Shown: positions 50,032 to 63,273, numbered from the stretch's first letter. The stretch is 64,000 nt of DNA from Deltaproteobacteria bacterium (GCA_034670305.1 JAXMNT010000006.1:96001-160000), one strand, 5' to 3'. Program-made: numbers and translations. Notes: a model not told the origin generated them from the sequence alone.

Positions 50032-50355
50032 TCAGCTCTTCATCAGGTCGTCGGGGTCGCCGAGCTCGCCGCTGAACATGGCCAGCATGTTCGGCGCCTT
50101 GATGCAGATCCAGGCGGCCGCTTCTTCGAACTCGAGCACCAGCACATCGCTGATCGTGGCGCCGGATCCGAGCAGGCGTTTGCACTCGCGGTGCCACCGG
50201 ATGTAGTGGTTCAGCCGCTCGTCGAAGTCTTTCCGCGAGAGGCGCTGAATCATCACGTTCCCGAATTTGGCGAACCCGCCCTCGGGTTTGTCACCGCACT
50301 CGGTGAGGAAGCGTGAGAGGTAGCTCTGATATGCAGCGTCGACGTCGATGTCCAT
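50032..50355 (-). CDS. Hypothetical protein (107 aa)
   Basis: Protein-like ORF with GC3 bias directly downstream of hutI. Confidence 0.65.
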   Translation of the reverse strand: MDIDVDAAYQSYLSRFLTECGDKPEGGFAKFGNVMIQRLSRKDFDERLNHYIRWHRECKRLLGSGATISDVLVLEFEEAAAWICIKAPNMLAMFSGELGDPDDLMKS

Positions 50356-50370
50356 GGAGGACGCGCAGTG

Positions 50371-51603
50371 TCACCAGAGTCGGGGGATGGAAGCAACCGT
50401 TGCGAACGATCCAGCCATCATCGCGAGGCTCGCGCGCAGGTCGCCGAATGCGTAGCCGAGCGCTGCGGGGTCGCTGATCTCGAACCCACAGAGGTCTGCC
50501 GGGCCGCCCACCCTCAATCGGCCACTGGCCGATTCTTTCTCGGTGAAACCGGCGGCCTGGGCCGCCACGCGCGTGATTCCCAAGATCGCCTCTTCGATCG
50601 TGAACCCCGCATCCCGGACCGCCAGCGCCGCCATCAACGGGAGGTTGGCGGTGGGGCTCGTGCCTGGGTTCAAGTCCGTGCCGATCGCCATGGCGACGCC
50701 GGCCCCGCGAAACCGGTCGGCCTCCGGCGGGGTCTGTCGCAGCGTGCGCCAGGCGCCGGGTAGAAACACACCCACCACGCCTGCCTTCGCCATCGCCGCG
50801 AGTCCCGCGTCGTCGACCTGCTCGAGGTGGTCGCCACTGCGCGCACCGAGCTCTGCGAGCAGCTCGGCGCCGCCAAGATCCGCGAACTGTCCGATGTGGG
50901 CGCGGGTGGCGAGGCCAGCGGCTTTTGCGGCGCTCAGGATCGCGCGGGTCTCTTCCAAACTGAACGCGCCCTCGTCGCAGTAGACGTCCACCGTGTCCGC
51001 GAGTCCTTCGGCGACCACGCGCGGCAACTGCGCCTCGATCACCTCTCGGACGTAGCGGCCGCGATCCGCCTCGCCGGGCGGCAGCGCGTGGGCGCCGAGA
51101 AAGCTCGTGGTCACCCGTGCAAGGCCGAGCGTGCCCAGGCGGCGCGCCACGCGGAGAAGGCGCAGCTCCGTCTCCACGTCGAGCCCGTAGCCGCTCTTGA
51201 TCTCCACGGCGGTCACACCGAACCCGGACAACGCGGACAAGCGCGCGCGGGCCAGTTCGAAGAGTGTGTCGTCGCTCGACGCGCGCGTGGCGCGGACCGT
51301 GCTGGCGATGCCGCCGCCTTCCTTCGCGAGGGTGCGGTAGTCCTCGCCGCCCATGCGGCGGCGGAACTCGTCCACCCGCGAGCCCCCGAAGACGAGGTGG
51401 GTGTGGGGGTCGACGAAGCCGGGCAACACGCAGCCGACCTCGCGCACTTCGTCGGCCACCGGTGCGTTCTCGGTCGGTCCGAGGTAGACGATGCGGTCGC
51501 CTTCGATCCCAACCGACGCCCGCTCCCGCAGGTCGAGCGCGGCGGTGGGCGAGTCGTCGCTTCCATCGCAGGTCGCGACCACGAGTGCGTCGATCCGGAG
51601 CAT
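50371..51603 (-). CDS. hutI: Imidazolonepropionase
   Basis: PGFVDPHTH, GGGI..TV.ATR, EIKSGYGL, FLGAHA, TD.NPGTS. Confidence 0.93.
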   Translation of the reverse strand: MLRIDALVVATCDGSDDSPTAALDLRERASVGIEGDRIVYLGPTENAPVADEVREVGCVLPGFVDPHTHLVFGGSRVDEFRRRMGGEDYRTLAKEGGGIASTVRATRASSDDTLFELARARLSALSGFGVTAVEIKSGYGLDVETELRLLRVARRLGTLGLARVTTSFLGAHALPPGEADRGRYVREVIEAQLPRVVAEGLADTVDVYCDEGAFSLEETRAILSAAKAAGLATRAHIGQFADLGGAELLAELGARSGDHLEQVDDAGLAAMAKAGVVGVFLPGAWRTLRQTPPEADRFRGAGVAMAIGTDLNPGTSPTANLPLMAALAVRDAGFTIEEAILGITRVAAQAAGFTEKESASGRLRVGGPADLCGFEISDPAALGYAFGDLRASLAMMAGSFATVASIPRLW

Positions 51604-51605
51604 GG

Positions 51606-53279
51606 TCAGTCGGTGCCGTGGGGCACGTGCACGCCCTTGGCGTGCGCGGTGGCTTTGGCGTCCTCGTAGCCGGCGTCCGCGTGGCGAATCACGCCCATGC
51701 CTGGGTCTGCGGTCAGCACCCGCTCGAGCCGGCGCGCGGCGTCTTCGGTTCCGTCCGCGACCACCACCATGCCAGCGTGGATCGAGTAGCCGATGCCGAC
51801 GCCGCCGCCGTGGTGCACGCTGACCCAGGTCGCGCCACAGGCGGTGTTGATGAGCGCGTTGAGGATCGGCCAATCCGCGATCGCGTCGGAGCCATCCAGC
51901 ATCGCTTCGGTCTCGCGGTTCGGGCTCGCGACGGATCCGCAATCGAGGTGGTCGCGGCCGATGACGAGCGGTGCTTTCACCTTTCCGCTGGCGACGAGCT
52001 CGTTGAACTTGAGGCCGACCCGGTGCCGGTCTCCGTAGCCGAGCCAGCAGATGCGGCAGGGCAGTCCCTGAAAGGCGACGCGTTCTTTTGCGAGGTCGAG
52101 CCACCGGTGGAGGTGCGCGTCGTCGGGCACGATCTCTTTGACCGCCGCGTCGGTGACCGCGATGTCCTCCGGGTCGCCCGAGAGCGCGGCCCAGCGAAAC
52201 GGTCCTTTGCCTTCGCAGAAGAGCGGGCGGACATACATCGGCACGAAGCCGGGGATCTCGAACGCGCGGGTGCAGCCGGCCTGTTCGGCTTCGGCGCGAA
52301 TGTTGTTGCCGTAGTCGCAGGCGAACGCGCCACGCGCCACCATCTCGAGCATCGCGTCGATCTCGCGTTTCATGCTCTCGCGTGCCCGGGTGACGTATGC
52401 GGCCGGGTCGCTGTCCCGCAGCGCCTGCGCGTCCTCGAGCGCGACCCCGCTCGGCACATAGCCTCGCAGAGGATCGTGCGCGCTCGTCTGCTCGGTGACG
52501 AAGTCCGGTGTGACCCCGCGTCGCACGAGCTCCGGGTAGATGTCGGCCGCGTTGCCGACCAGGCCGATGCTGGTGGCCTTGTTCTCCGCCGTCGCTTCTT
52601 CGATCCACCGGAGCGCTTCGTCGAGGTCGGTGGTCGCTTTGTCGAGGTAGCGGGTCTCGAGGCGGCGCTGGACGCGGGTCGGATCGATCTCGATCCCGAG
52701 GAAGGACGCACCGGCCATCGTCGCCGCCAGCGGCTGCGCGCCGCCCATGCCGCCGAGCCCCGCGGAGAGGATCCAGCGTCCGTCCCACGTCCCCTCGAAG
52801 TGCACCTTGGCGGCGCTCACGAACGTCTCGTAGGTGCCCTGGAGGATCCCCTGGGTGCCGATGTAGATCCACGAGCCGGCCGTCATCTGGCCGAACATCG
52901 TCAGGCCTTTGGTCTCGAGGTCGCGAAACGTCTCCCAGTTCGCCCACTTCGGCACCAGCAAACTGTTGGCGATGAGCACCCGCGGGGCGTCCGCGTGGGT
53001 CCGGAACCGGCCGACCGCTTTGCCGCTCTGGACCAGCAGCGTCTCGTCCGGGCCGAGCGCCTCGAGCTCGCGCACGATGACGTCGAAGCACGCCCAAGAC
53101 CGGGCGGCTTTGCCGGTCCCGCCGTAGACCACCAACTCCTCGGGCCGTTCGGCGACGTCGGAGTCGAGGTTGTTCATCAGCATGCGCAGCGCGGCTTCTT
53201 GGGGCCAGCCTTTGCAGCGGAGGTCGGTTCCGTGGGCGGCTTTGAGCAGGGGCGGGCGGTCTTTGGTCGAAGCGGTCAT
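51606..53279 (-). CDS. hutU: Urocanate hydratase
   Basis: [48 protein letters not shown]. Confidence 0.97.
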   Translation of the reverse strand: MTASTKDRPPLLKAAHGTDLRCKGWPQEAALRMLMNNLDSDVAERPEELVVYGGTGKAARSWACFDVIVRELEALGPDETLLVQSGKAVGRFRTHADAPRVLIANSLLVPKWANWETFRDLETKGLTMFGQMTAGSWIYIGTQGILQGTYETFVSAAKVHFEGTWDGRWILSAGLGGMGGAQPLAATMAGASFLGIEIDPTRVQRRLETRYLDKATTDLDEALRWIEEATAENKATSIGLVGNAADIYPELVRRGVTPDFVTEQTSAHDPLRGYVPSGVALEDAQALRDSDPAAYVTRARESMKREIDAMLEMVARGAFACDYGNNIRAEAEQAGCTRAFEIPGFVPMYVRPLFCEGKGPFRWAALSGDPEDIAVTDAAVKEIVPDDAHLHRWLDLAKERVAFQGLPCRICWLGYGDRHRVGLKFNELVASGKVKAPLVIGRDHLDCGSVASPNRETEAMLDGSDAIADWPILNALINTACGATWVSVHHGGGVGIGYSIHAGMVVVADGTEDAARRLERVLTADPGMGVIRHADAGYEDAKATAHAKGVHVPHGTD

Positions 53280-53473
53280 CGGCGCGGAGTGTGCCATCGA
53301 TCCATGGCCAGAAGCGAAGCCGAAGCGGCCGCCCGGTGGGCCGAGTGAATACCGCCGCCAAGCGCCCCGTCCTCACCGGACGTGGTGCTCCGTCGGTTGA
53401 CGGTGACGCCTGTGAAGGCGAGGCTCACGCCGCTTCCGCGTCCAAGGACGCACCCAACGCTCCGAGGCCCCCG

Positions 53474-55624
53474 ATGAAAAAGTCCACCATGTTCGAGCGC
53501 CCTTGCTTCCGCGGTCTGTTGGCCGTGGCCTGTTTGATGACCACTGCATTCACCGGGTCGGCCACCGCCCAGAACCGCCCCGTCATCGAGCGCATCGAAC
53601 CGACCACCGGTGCGCCTGGTGTCGAGATCAGCATCGTGGGCCGCGGCTTCTCGCCTCGAAACACCTTCCTGCTCGGCAACGTCGAGCTGCCCGTCGTGCG
53701 CCGGCTCCCGAACCGCTACACGGTGACCCTCCCGCCCAACGCACCGAGCGGCGCGGTCACGATTCGGACCCGGCAGGGCGACTTCGCGGGGCCCTACTTC
53801 CGGGTCATCGCCGGACGCCCGGCGCCAGTGATCACCGCCGTGGTGCCGCCGAGCGCGCCGCCCGGTTCGGAAGTCGAGCTGCAGGGTCAGAACTTCTCGT
53901 CGCGTCTTTCGGACAACCTCGTCTTCCTGAACAACCGCCCGGTGGTGGTGCGCGCCGCCACGCCGCACAGCCTGCGTGTCATCGTACCCGCGGGCGTTCA
54001 GGACGGTCCCTTCACCGTCCGCGTGGTGGGTGCCGGCGAGTCCCAGAGCCCGGTGTTTCAAATCGGCGTGCCAGTGGCCATCACGGTCCTCGAGCCGGCC
54101 GCCGGTCCGCCCCGCAGCCGGGTGGTGTTGCGGGGCGCCGGTCTCTCGACCGACCGCCGGCGCACCCGAGTGACCTTTGGGGGGCAGCTGGCCCGCACCA
54201 TGAGCGCCTCGCCCGACGCCATCACCGTCACGATGCCGCGCCGCGCCAGCGGAGCCCATCCGTTCGTCGTGACGTTGCCGAACGGCACCGTGGTCACCAC
54301 CCCGGTGTTCCGGATCCAGAACCCGCCCGTCGTGGCGGACTTCGCCCCGCACGAAGGAGCGCCCGGCACCACCCTCGTCGTCACCGGACGCCACTTCGGT
54401 ACCGACGTGCGCGCCGTGCAGGTGCAGATCGGTGGCCGACCGCTCCGCGTGCGCAGCGTGAACGACACCCAGATCCAAGCCGACGTGCCGCCTGGGATCA
54501 CGAGCGGCCCGGTCGACGTCTCGGTGTATGCGTTGAGCGCGCGTTCGCGTCATGTCTTCACGGTCGCCGCCAGCCTCGCGATCACCTCGGTCGTGCCGAC
54601 GAGTGGCGCGCCCGGTTCGGTGGTCGTGCTCTCCGGCCAGGGTTTCGATGCCCGACCGCAGGCCAACCGCGTCCGCATCGGCGGCACCAACGCGCGGGTG
54701 TTGACCGCGAGTCCGAACGAGCTCCGCGTCGAAGTGCCGAACGGACCGAGTGGCACCATCGAACTCCAGGTCGGCCACGCCACCGCGCGGCCTCCGAACC
54801 CGTTCATCGTCACGAGCCCGCCTGCGATCGTGAACTTCCAGCCCCGTTCCGGTCCGGTCGGCACGCTCGTGACCATCGTCGGTCGCGGCTTCGGCGACCG
54901 CGCCGGCATCGTGCGCGCCGACATCGGCGGCATTCCGATGTCGGTCCGGTCGGTCAGCGATGGCCAGGTCGTCGTCGAGGTCCCGCGCCGGGCCCGCAAT
55001 GGCCGCATCTCGATCAACGTCGGCATGCGCGGAGGCGCGGGCACACCGCAAGACTTCCAGGTCGAGACCAGCCAACGCGCGGTGTCGGCTGTGACGCCCG
55101 CGGCCGGATTCGCCGGAACCGAAGTCACGGTCCGCGGACAAGGATTCCCACGCCGCGGCATCCTCGTGCAGTTCGCTGGCGCAGCCGCGGTCGCCGCGAC
55201 GCGCGACAGCCCCGTTCAGATCCGAGCAGTCGTGCCGCAGGGGGCCCAGAGTGGCCCGGTCACCGTGCTGCTGCCGGGCGGACGTTCGATGCCGGGCGGT
55301 GTGTTCCAGGTCACCGCGGCGCCGGCCGGACTCCGCATCACCGCGATCGAACCGGAGTGCGCCTACGCGGGATGCCGCGTCGTCCTGCGAGGGTTCGGGT
55401 TCTCCACCCGCGCCCGGACCAACCAACTGCGCTTCGGTGGCGTCCGCGTGAATGTCGACGCCGCCACGCCGACCACCCTCACGTTTCGTCTGCCGAACAC
55501 GCCGCGCCTCATCAACCAGAACATCCAGTTCGAACTCCGAGTCGCCCGCGACCGCACCCAGTCACCGCCGTTCATGATCATCAGGCGCCCGACCGGCGGC
55601 CCGACGGTCCGCATCCGCCGCTGA
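53474..55624 (+). CDS. Secreted protein made of about eight tandem IPT/TIG domains
   Basis: Signal peptide; repeated P.I....P..G..G..V...G..F units. Confidence 0.85.
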   Translation: MKKSTMFERPCFRGLLAVACLMTTAFTGSATAQNRPVIERIEPTTGAPGVEISIVGRGFSPRNTFLLGNVELPVVRRLPNRYTVTLPPNAPSGAVTIRTRQGDFAGPYFRVIAGRPAPVITAVVPPSAPPGSEVELQGQNFSSRLSDNLVFLNNRPVVVRAATPHSLRVIVPAGVQDGPFTVRVVGAGESQSPVFQIGVPVAITVLEPAAGPPRSRVVLRGAGLSTDRRRTRVTFGGQLARTMSASPDAITVTMPRRASGAHPFVVTLPNGTVVTTPVFRIQNPPVVADFAPHEGAPGTTLVVTGRHFGTDVRAVQVQIGGRPLRVRSVNDTQIQADVPPGITSGPVDVSVYALSARSRHVFTVAASLAITSVVPTSGAPGSVVVLSGQGFDARPQANRVRIGGTNARVLTASPNELRVEVPNGPSGTIELQVGHATARPPNPFIVTSPPAIVNFQPRSGPVGTLVTIVGRGFGDRAGIVRADIGGIPMSVRSVSDGQVVVEVPRRARNGRISINVGMRGGAGTPQDFQVETSQRAVSAVTPAAGFAGTEVTVRGQGFPRRGILVQFAGAAAVAATRDSPVQIRAVVPQGAQSGPVTVLLPGGRSMPGGVFQVTAAPAGLRITAIEPECAYAGCRVVLRGFGFSTRARTNQLRFGGVRVNVDAATPTTLTFRLPNTPRLINQNIQFELRVARDRTQSPPFMIIRRPTGGPTVRIRR

Positions 55625-55640
55625 CCTGAGCGCGGGATCC

Positions 55641-55673
55641 CGGCGTCGGCATCGGGGTCGGATTCGGCTTCGG
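55641..55673. repeat. Short (TCGGCN)n tract
   Basis: Direct reading, just after the IPT gene stop. Confidence 0.7.
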
Positions 55674-55751
55674 GCGTCCGCCAGCCTCTCCGCGCTACGC
55701 CTTCGGACCGCCCCCATGTCATCCTTGCGTCGGCGCACGCGCCGGCCGCCC

Positions 55752-56942
55752 ATGCAATCCCACTTCGCCACCCTCTCTCTCCTCTGCTGGTTCGCCTGCG
55801 CCTCCGGGCCTGTGTCCACGATGGATGCGGCCGACTCGGACGCCGAATCGGTGGATGCGGGTTCGATGGACGCCACCCTCGTGGCCGACGCGGGGAGCGA
55901 CGCGGGCGCGGACGACGCGGGGAGCGACGCGGGCGCGCCCCTCCCGATGTCGGTCGAGCCCTGCGTGGCAGGTCGTCCGATGAGCTGTTGGGAGGCGCTG
56001 CGCGCGGGCGCGTGTGGGCGCACCTCCCTCGACGAAGATTTTTCGACCGGCAATTACAACGTGCACGAGTTCGTGCTCTCGGTGATGGCGGGTGTCGACG
56101 TGGACGTGACGCTGCTCCGTGGTGCAGGCGCTTGGGATCCGGTACTCGTCTTTCACGACGAGGCGGGCGCCACCGTCTACGACGGTGAGGTCGGGGTCGC
56201 CGGGCCAGGGTTGACCATCGCGCCCGTGGCGACCGGCCGGGGCGGAGATACCGCGGAGGTGCAGATCACCTCCACAGTCGATGTCGCGCTGCGCGGCTTC
56301 GTCACGGGCTGGCATGTGGTGGACGGCGGCTTCACGCCACGCATGCCGACCGACGCGAACTACCGGCTCACCGTCGACACCGCGTGTGAGCCGCCGACGG
56401 GTCTGCTCACGCCCCCGAACTTCGACGAGTCGGACATGGTCGGCAGCTACTACATCCTCCCCGAATCCGAACCGCCCGGGCTCTACGATCGCAAGGCCCG
56501 CTGTTCGCGCGGCAACCGGCTGTTGATCCAAGTGCTGTACACCGTCGCGACCCGCTGGGCAGCGTTGCGTCCAGCCTACGCGCCGATCTCCTTTCGGGAT
56601 CTGAACGAGTGCATGCCCAGGATGACCGGCGACGCAGACCACGCGACGCACGACGACGGCACGCATGCGGACTTCACTGCGGGCTGCGCGACGCGGGTGG
56701 GGTGCGACACCGAAGCATCCGTCGCGTTGGCGAACCTGTTCGTCGACACCGGCGAGGTGTGCGGCATCATCTTCGACGACGCCGTGGTGCAGGCGGAGGT
56801 GAACCCCTACTTCCGCGCGACCCATGCGTACTCGACCTGGCACGGCGGCGCGGAGCGCACCTTCATGCGGACGGTGGGTGGACACACGAGCCATTTCCAC
56901 GTCCGGGTGAAGCGGCCAGACGGTACGTGCGTTCCGCTCTGA
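55752..56942 (+). CDS. Lipoprotein with a PPC-like domain and a MepA/M74-like (LAS-type) murein endopeptidase domain
   Basis: WFAC lipobox, DAG linker; HATHDDGTHADF and HTSHFHVRV Zn-ligand motifs. Confidence 0.7.
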   Translation: MQSHFATLSLLCWFACASGPVSTMDAADSDAESVDAGSMDATLVADAGSDAGADDAGSDAGAPLPMSVEPCVAGRPMSCWEALRAGACGRTSLDEDFSTGNYNVHEFVLSVMAGVDVDVTLLRGAGAWDPVLVFHDEAGATVYDGEVGVAGPGLTIAPVATGRGGDTAEVQITSTVDVALRGFVTGWHVVDGGFTPRMPTDANYRLTVDTACEPPTGLLTPPNFDESDMVGSYYILPESEPPGLYDRKARCSRGNRLLIQVLYTVATRWAALRPAYAPISFRDLNECMPRMTGDADHATHDDGTHADFTAGCATRVGCDTEASVALANLFVDTGEVCGIIFDDAVVQAEVNPYFRATHAYSTWHGGAERTFMRTVGGHTSHFHVRVKRPDGTCVPL

Positions 56943-56972
56943 GCTCCTGAACCCGATCCCCCGAATCCGACC

Positions 56973-58737
<1,765 letters not shown>

Positions 58738-58874
58738 GGCGCGAGCACGTGCAGGTGCGACGGGCGCGTGCGTAGGGCCGCCAGCCTCGCGCAGCGAGGC
58801 CCGTGCTGGCGGCAACAAACGAGCCGTGACTCGCCGCACTGCGCTGGCCCGGCCACACTGCTAGGACCCTCGAC

Positions 58875-60419
58875 ATGCCGCGCCCGGTGCTGATTCTCGA
58901 CTTCGGCTCCCAGTACACCCAGCTGATCGCGCGCCGTGTTCGCGAGCAGCGCGTGTTCTGCGAGATCCTCCCGTGTACCGAACCGCTGGAGCAGCTGCGC
59001 GCGCGTGAGCCGCTCGGCATCATCCTCTCCGGTGGGCCGATGAGCGTGTTCGCGCCGGGGGCGCCGCTCGTGGACCGGGCCATCTTCGAGCTCGGTGTGC
59101 CCGTGCTGGGGGTCTGCTACGGCATGCAGCTGACCAGCCACCTCCTCGGAGGACGGGTCGAGGGCGCGACCGGCCGGGAGTACGGCGCAGCGAAGATGCG
59201 CGTCGACAAGAACGTCGGCCTGCTCGCACCGTTCGCGGCCGGAGAAGAACTCGACGTCTGGATGAGCCACGGCGATCGGGTCGCGGAACTGCCGCCCGGG
59301 TTCGAAGTGCTCGGCCACACCGAGAGCTGCCCGAACGCGGCAGTCGGCGATCTCGAGCGCAAGATCTTCGGCGTCCAGTTCCACCCCGAGGTCGTGCACA
59401 CGAAGCGCGGCGTGGATCTGATCCGCAGTTTTCTGTTCGACATCCTGGATGCGTCGCCGGACTGGACGCCCGAGTCGTTCGTGGACGGAACGGTCGACGC
59501 GATCCGCACTCAGATCGGCGACGGACACGCGATCTGCGGGCTCAGCGGGGGCGTGGACAGCTCGGTTGCAGCGGTGCTGGTCTCGAAGGCGATCGGCGAT
59601 CGATTGACCTGCATCTTCGTGGACAACGGCCTGCTCCGGAAGGACGAAGGCCGTCGGGTCATGGAGATGTTCGGCGAGTCCGGACTCGCGCTGAAGATCA
59701 TTCACGTCGACGCCGCGGACGAGTTTCTGGACGCGCTCGAAGGCGAGACCGACCCCGAGAAGAAACGAAAGATCATCGGCCGCGTGTTCATCGACGTCTT
59801 CGAACGCGAGTCGAAGAAGATCGATGGCGCGCGTTTTCTGGTGCAGGGCACGCTCTACCCGGATGTGATCGAGAGCGTCTCGTTCAAAGGACCGAGCGCG
59901 GTCATCAAGAGCCACCACAACGTGGGCGGGTTGCCCGAGCGCATGAACCTCGAGCTGTGCGAACCGTTGCGGCTGCTCTTCAAAGACGAGGTCCGCGAAG
60001 TAGGCGCCGCGATGGGCATGCCGCACGACGTGCTCTGGCGTCAGCCCTTTCCGGGCCCCGGCCTGGCGGTGCGCTGCCCCGGCATCCTGGAGAAGAGTCG
60101 ACTCGACGTGCTGCGCGAAGCCGATGCGATCCTCGAAGAGGAGATCCGCGCCGCCGGCCTCTACGAGTCCATCTGGCAGAGCTTCTGCGTGCTGGTGCCG
60201 GTCCGCACCGTGGGTGTGATGGGCGACGAACGCACCTACGACTGGGTCATCGCCATCCGCGCCGTCGAGTCGCGCGATGGAATGACGGCGGACTGGGTGC
60301 GGTTGCCTTACGAACTCCTCGCGCGTGCCTCGAATCGCATCATCAACGAGGTGAAGGGATGCAACCGCGTCGTGTACGACATCTCCAGCAAACCTCCGGC
60401 CACGATCGAGTGGGAGTAG
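58875..60419 (+). CDS. guaA: GMP synthase (glutamine-hydrolysing)
   Basis: [41 protein letters not shown]. Confidence 0.97.
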   Translation: MPRPVLILDFGSQYTQLIARRVREQRVFCEILPCTEPLEQLRAREPLGIILSGGPMSVFAPGAPLVDRAIFELGVPVLGVCYGMQLTSHLLGGRVEGATGREYGAAKMRVDKNVGLLAPFAAGEELDVWMSHGDRVAELPPGFEVLGHTESCPNAAVGDLERKIFGVQFHPEVVHTKRGVDLIRSFLFDILDASPDWTPESFVDGTVDAIRTQIGDGHAICGLSGGVDSSVAAVLVSKAIGDRLTCIFVDNGLLRKDEGRRVMEMFGESGLALKIIHVDAADEFLDALEGETDPEKKRKIIGRVFIDVFERESKKIDGARFLVQGTLYPDVIESVSFKGPSAVIKSHHNVGGLPERMNLELCEPLRLLFKDEVREVGAAMGMPHDVLWRQPFPGPGLAVRCPGILEKSRLDVLREADAILEEEIRAAGLYESIWQSFCVLVPVRTVGVMGDERTYDWVIAIRAVESRDGMTADWVRLPYELLARASNRIINEVKGCNRVVYDISSKPPATIEWE

Positions 60420-60829
60420 TGCGGCGCATCGCGGCCATCGTGTTCGGTTCGGCGTTTTTGGCCGGATCCGCGCTCGCGCAGCCACGCGTCGTGCCCTGGA
60501 CCGACACGGCACCCGCCGTGTCCGGCACCGACGTCGAAGCCGCCGCGCTCGGCACGCCGGATCTTCGCACGGTGACCTTTCGTGCCCGACGCGCGTCGGC
60601 GCGCCGAACGGGCGAAGCCCGGGCGATCGAACGGCTCCACCAACACGTCGACGAGACGCTGACCCGCGTGCTGGTCTCGCCCGCGGTGGCCGAGGCGGCG
60701 CACGATGTCGTCCAGAACGAAGCGCGCGTCGTGGCGGTTCGAGCCCTGGTCGATGGGTCGGCGGTACTCGTCGTCGCCGTGCCGCGCGCATCGCTCCAAG
60801 CGGTCGTGGAAGTGGAGCAAGGTTGGTGA
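60419..60829 (+). CDS. Hypothetical secreted protein
   Basis: GTG overlapping the guaA stop; RRIAAIVFGSAFLAGSALA signal peptide. Confidence 0.65.
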   Translation: MRRIAAIVFGSAFLAGSALAQPRVVPWTDTAPAVSGTDVEAAALGTPDLRTVTFRARRASARRTGEARAIERLHQHVDETLTRVLVSPAVAEAAHDVVQNEARVVAVRALVDGSAVLVVAVPRASLQAVVEVEQGW

Positions 60830-61128
60830 CCCGCTTCGGTTTGGGGCTCGTGTGTGCGGCCCTCCTCTCGACGGCTGGCTGCTACCGCATCTCGGGGCCG
60901 GAGCGCGCCAAGCTGCAGGTGATCGCGGAGCCCGAGACAGCGCGCGTGTTCGTCGACGAACACTTCGTCGGCTCCGGCGCGATTCTCACCCGCGAGCCCA
61001 AAGAACTCACGGTCGGCCACCACCGGGTCACGATCCAGGCGCCCGGATACTTTCCGCACGACGTCGAGGTGGATCTGCCGGCGGGCACGACCACGGTACG
61101 CATCGCACTCCGCCCGATTCCGCAGTAG
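60826..61128 (+). CDS. PEGA-domain lipoprotein
   Basis: TAGC lipobox; P..A.VFVD....G, G.HRV.I.APGY. Confidence 0.8.
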   Translation: MTRFGLGLVCAALLSTAGCYRISGPERAKLQVIAEPETARVFVDEHFVGSGAILTREPKELTVGHHRVTIQAPGYFPHDVEVDLPAGTTTVRIALRPIPQ

Positions 61129-61200
61129 CAGCGCCTGCTGGCGTTGCGTGATTTGCTGGCGCTGCTCCGTTTCAGGGAGAGTTCGGAGCAACCAACTCGC

Positions 61201-61262
61201 TGAAGCCGACGCCGAAGCCGACGCCGACGCCGACGCCGAAGCCGACGCCGAATCCGAAGCCG
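61201..61262. repeat. (GCCGAN)n tract
   Basis: Direct reading. Confidence 0.85.
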
Positions 61263-61311
61263 TCGCATCCGCCCCAACACCCGCAGCTGAATCGAGTATC
61301 GTTCGGTCGCG

Positions 61312-62052
61312 ATGGGGTCCAAGTCTGCAGCTGCACTCGTCATCGGGAACGAGATCCTCACCGGCAAGATCGAAGAGGGGAACATCGCGAGTCTTGCGCG
61401 AGGGCTCTTCGCGCGCGGGGTGGAGTTTCGACGCATCGTGGTCTGCCGCGACGAGATCGAGGTCATCAGCGAGGAGCTGACGAGCCTCCGCACCGCCCAC
61501 GACTACGTCTTCACGAGCGGCGGGGTGGGGCCGACCCACGACGACGTCACCGTCGCCGGCGTGGCGCACTCGTTCGGTCGCGATGTGGTGCGCTCCGACG
61601 AGATCGTGGATCTCATCCGAGCGTTTCATGCCCGCCGGGACAAACCGGTGACCGATGCACATCTGCGCATGGCCGACATCGTTGCGGGCAGCCGCCTCCT
61701 CTCGAGCGAAGACGTTCCGTGGCCGACGCTGGTGGTGGACAACGTCTACGTCCTGCCGGGGGTGCCGGCGATCTTCCGGATGAAACTCGACGTCGTGCTC
61801 AAGGAGCTCGAAGGCGAGGGATTTGCCTCCTGCGCGGTCTACACGAACTGCGACGAGGGCATCATCGCCCCGGTCTTGAGCCAGCTCAGCGCGGCCCATC
61901 CCACGGTGGCGGTCGGTAGCTACCCACGCTTCGAGGCCGACGACCACAAGGTCAAAGTGACCTTCGACGGCAAGGACCCGGCCCTGGTCGCAGCGGTCGC
62001 AGACGAGTTCGTGAAGGCCATTCCAGCCGAGCTCTACGTCCGCCGGAGTTGA
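61312..62052 (+). CDS. Molybdopterin-binding-domain protein (CinA N-terminal/FAD-hydrolase-like)
   Basis: IGNEILTGK, TSGGVGPTHDDVT, LPGVP, GSYP. Confidence 0.88.
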   Translation: MGSKSAAALVIGNEILTGKIEEGNIASLARGLFARGVEFRRIVVCRDEIEVISEELTSLRTAHDYVFTSGGVGPTHDDVTVAGVAHSFGRDVVRSDEIVDLIRAFHARRDKPVTDAHLRMADIVAGSRLLSSEDVPWPTLVVDNVYVLPGVPAIFRMKLDVVLKELEGEGFASCAVYTNCDEGIIAPVLSQLSAAHPTVAVGSYPRFEADDHKVKVTFDGKDPALVAAVADEFVKAIPAELYVRRS

Positions 62053-62108
62053 GTTCCGCGTAACGAATGGGCCCAACCTCCCGTACACTCCGAAACGGAG
62101 GGTCGACG

Positions 62109-62363
62109 ATGGAATCGTGGATGTTGGTTTCGGGCGCAGGCGGACTGCTGGGCCTTTGCGCACTGGCGGGGATGTTCTGGAGCTTCAAGAAGCTCGAGTC
62201 CCCCAAGAAGTGGGCCGGAATGGCGGTCTTTGCGGTGGTGGGTGCAGGTGGCGCGTACCTCGCGTCGAACGCCACGGCGTTGACGACCACTGCCGAAGAA
62301 GAAGCGATCGAACAGCAGATCCAGGAATCTGACTTCGACGCCGAGCTCGACGACGACTTCTGA
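62109..62363 (+). CDS. Small membrane protein with an acidic tail
   Basis: GGAGG RBS, two TM segments. Confidence 0.65.
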   Translation: MESWMLVSGAGGLLGLCALAGMFWSFKKLESPKKWAGMAVFAVVGAGGAYLASNATALTTTAEEEAIEQQIQESDFDAELDDDF

Positions 62364-62436
62364 CGCGGTCCCAGAACGGGCCGCCACGAATCGCTGCGGC
62401 GGGTCGAAGTTCGGGGCGGGCGTACTAGGATCCGGC

Positions 62437-63273
62437 ATGGGCATCTTCCTGTACCGTGGGCTGCGAACGTGGACCGCACGGAGTGTGTGGGTCGCGGGCG
62501 CGCTGGGCGTGGTCGTGGTGGCAGGGTGTGGATCGTCGGACGGTGATGCTGGCCAGACCCAGACGCCGGAAACCGCGGTCGCCGATCCCGGCGCGGAGGT
62601 CGCGCCGGGGGAACGCATCGAGTTTGATGGAGAGGGCGTGAAGCTCGTCGGCACGTTCTGGCGTGGCACCACCCGTCCCGCCGACGGCGTCGTGCTGTTG
62701 CATCAGTTGAGCTCCGAGCGGAGCGAGTGGGGTCCGGTGATCGATGCACTTCGTCCGCTCGGCGTCTCCATCTTGTCGGTCGACCTGCGCGGACACGGAG
62801 AGAGCGTGGCCAATCCAGCTGCGGAAGGACCGGCGGCGATCGTGCTCTGGCGTCAGTTCGAGAATGTCGACTGGGCGAAGCTGCCCGACGACGCCGAGCG
62901 CGCGATCGAGTTCGCCCGTTCCCGCGGCGTCACGAAGTTCGTGCTCGGCGGGTCGAGCATCGGTTCGTCGGCTGCCCTGGTCGCGGGCGCACGTCGCGAG
63001 GATGTGGTCGGCGTCTTCGCGCTTTCGCCTGGCCGCGACTACCGCGGCCTCGAGACCTTGCCCGCCGCCGAAGCGTTTGGCGCGAGGCGCCTGCTGGCCG
63101 TCGCGGCCGAGGGGGAGGCGCCCGCCAAGGAGACCGCCGATGCACTCGCCGCCGCCGTGACCACGGGCCGCACCCACATCGTGCCCGGCAGCCACCATGG
63201 GCTCCGCATGCTCGGGGAGGCTCCCGACCTTCCGCAGGTGCTCGCTGCGTTTGTGGGGGAGGTGCTGCCATGA
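62437..63273 (+). CDS. Alpha/beta hydrolase lipoprotein
   Basis: VAGC lipobox, LLH, DLRGHGES, GSSIG nucleophile elbow, HG. Confidence 0.85.
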   Translation: MGIFLYRGLRTWTARSVWVAGALGVVVVAGCGSSDGDAGQTQTPETAVADPGAEVAPGERIEFDGEGVKLVGTFWRGTTRPADGVVLLHQLSSERSEWGPVIDALRPLGVSILSVDLRGHGESVANPAAEGPAAIVLWRQFENVDWAKLPDDAERAIEFARSRGVTKFVLGGSSIGSSAALVAGARREDVVGVFALSPGRDYRGLETLPAAEAFGARRLLAVAAEGEAPAKETADALAAAVTTGRTHIVPGSHHGLRMLGEAPDLPQVLAAFVGEVLP

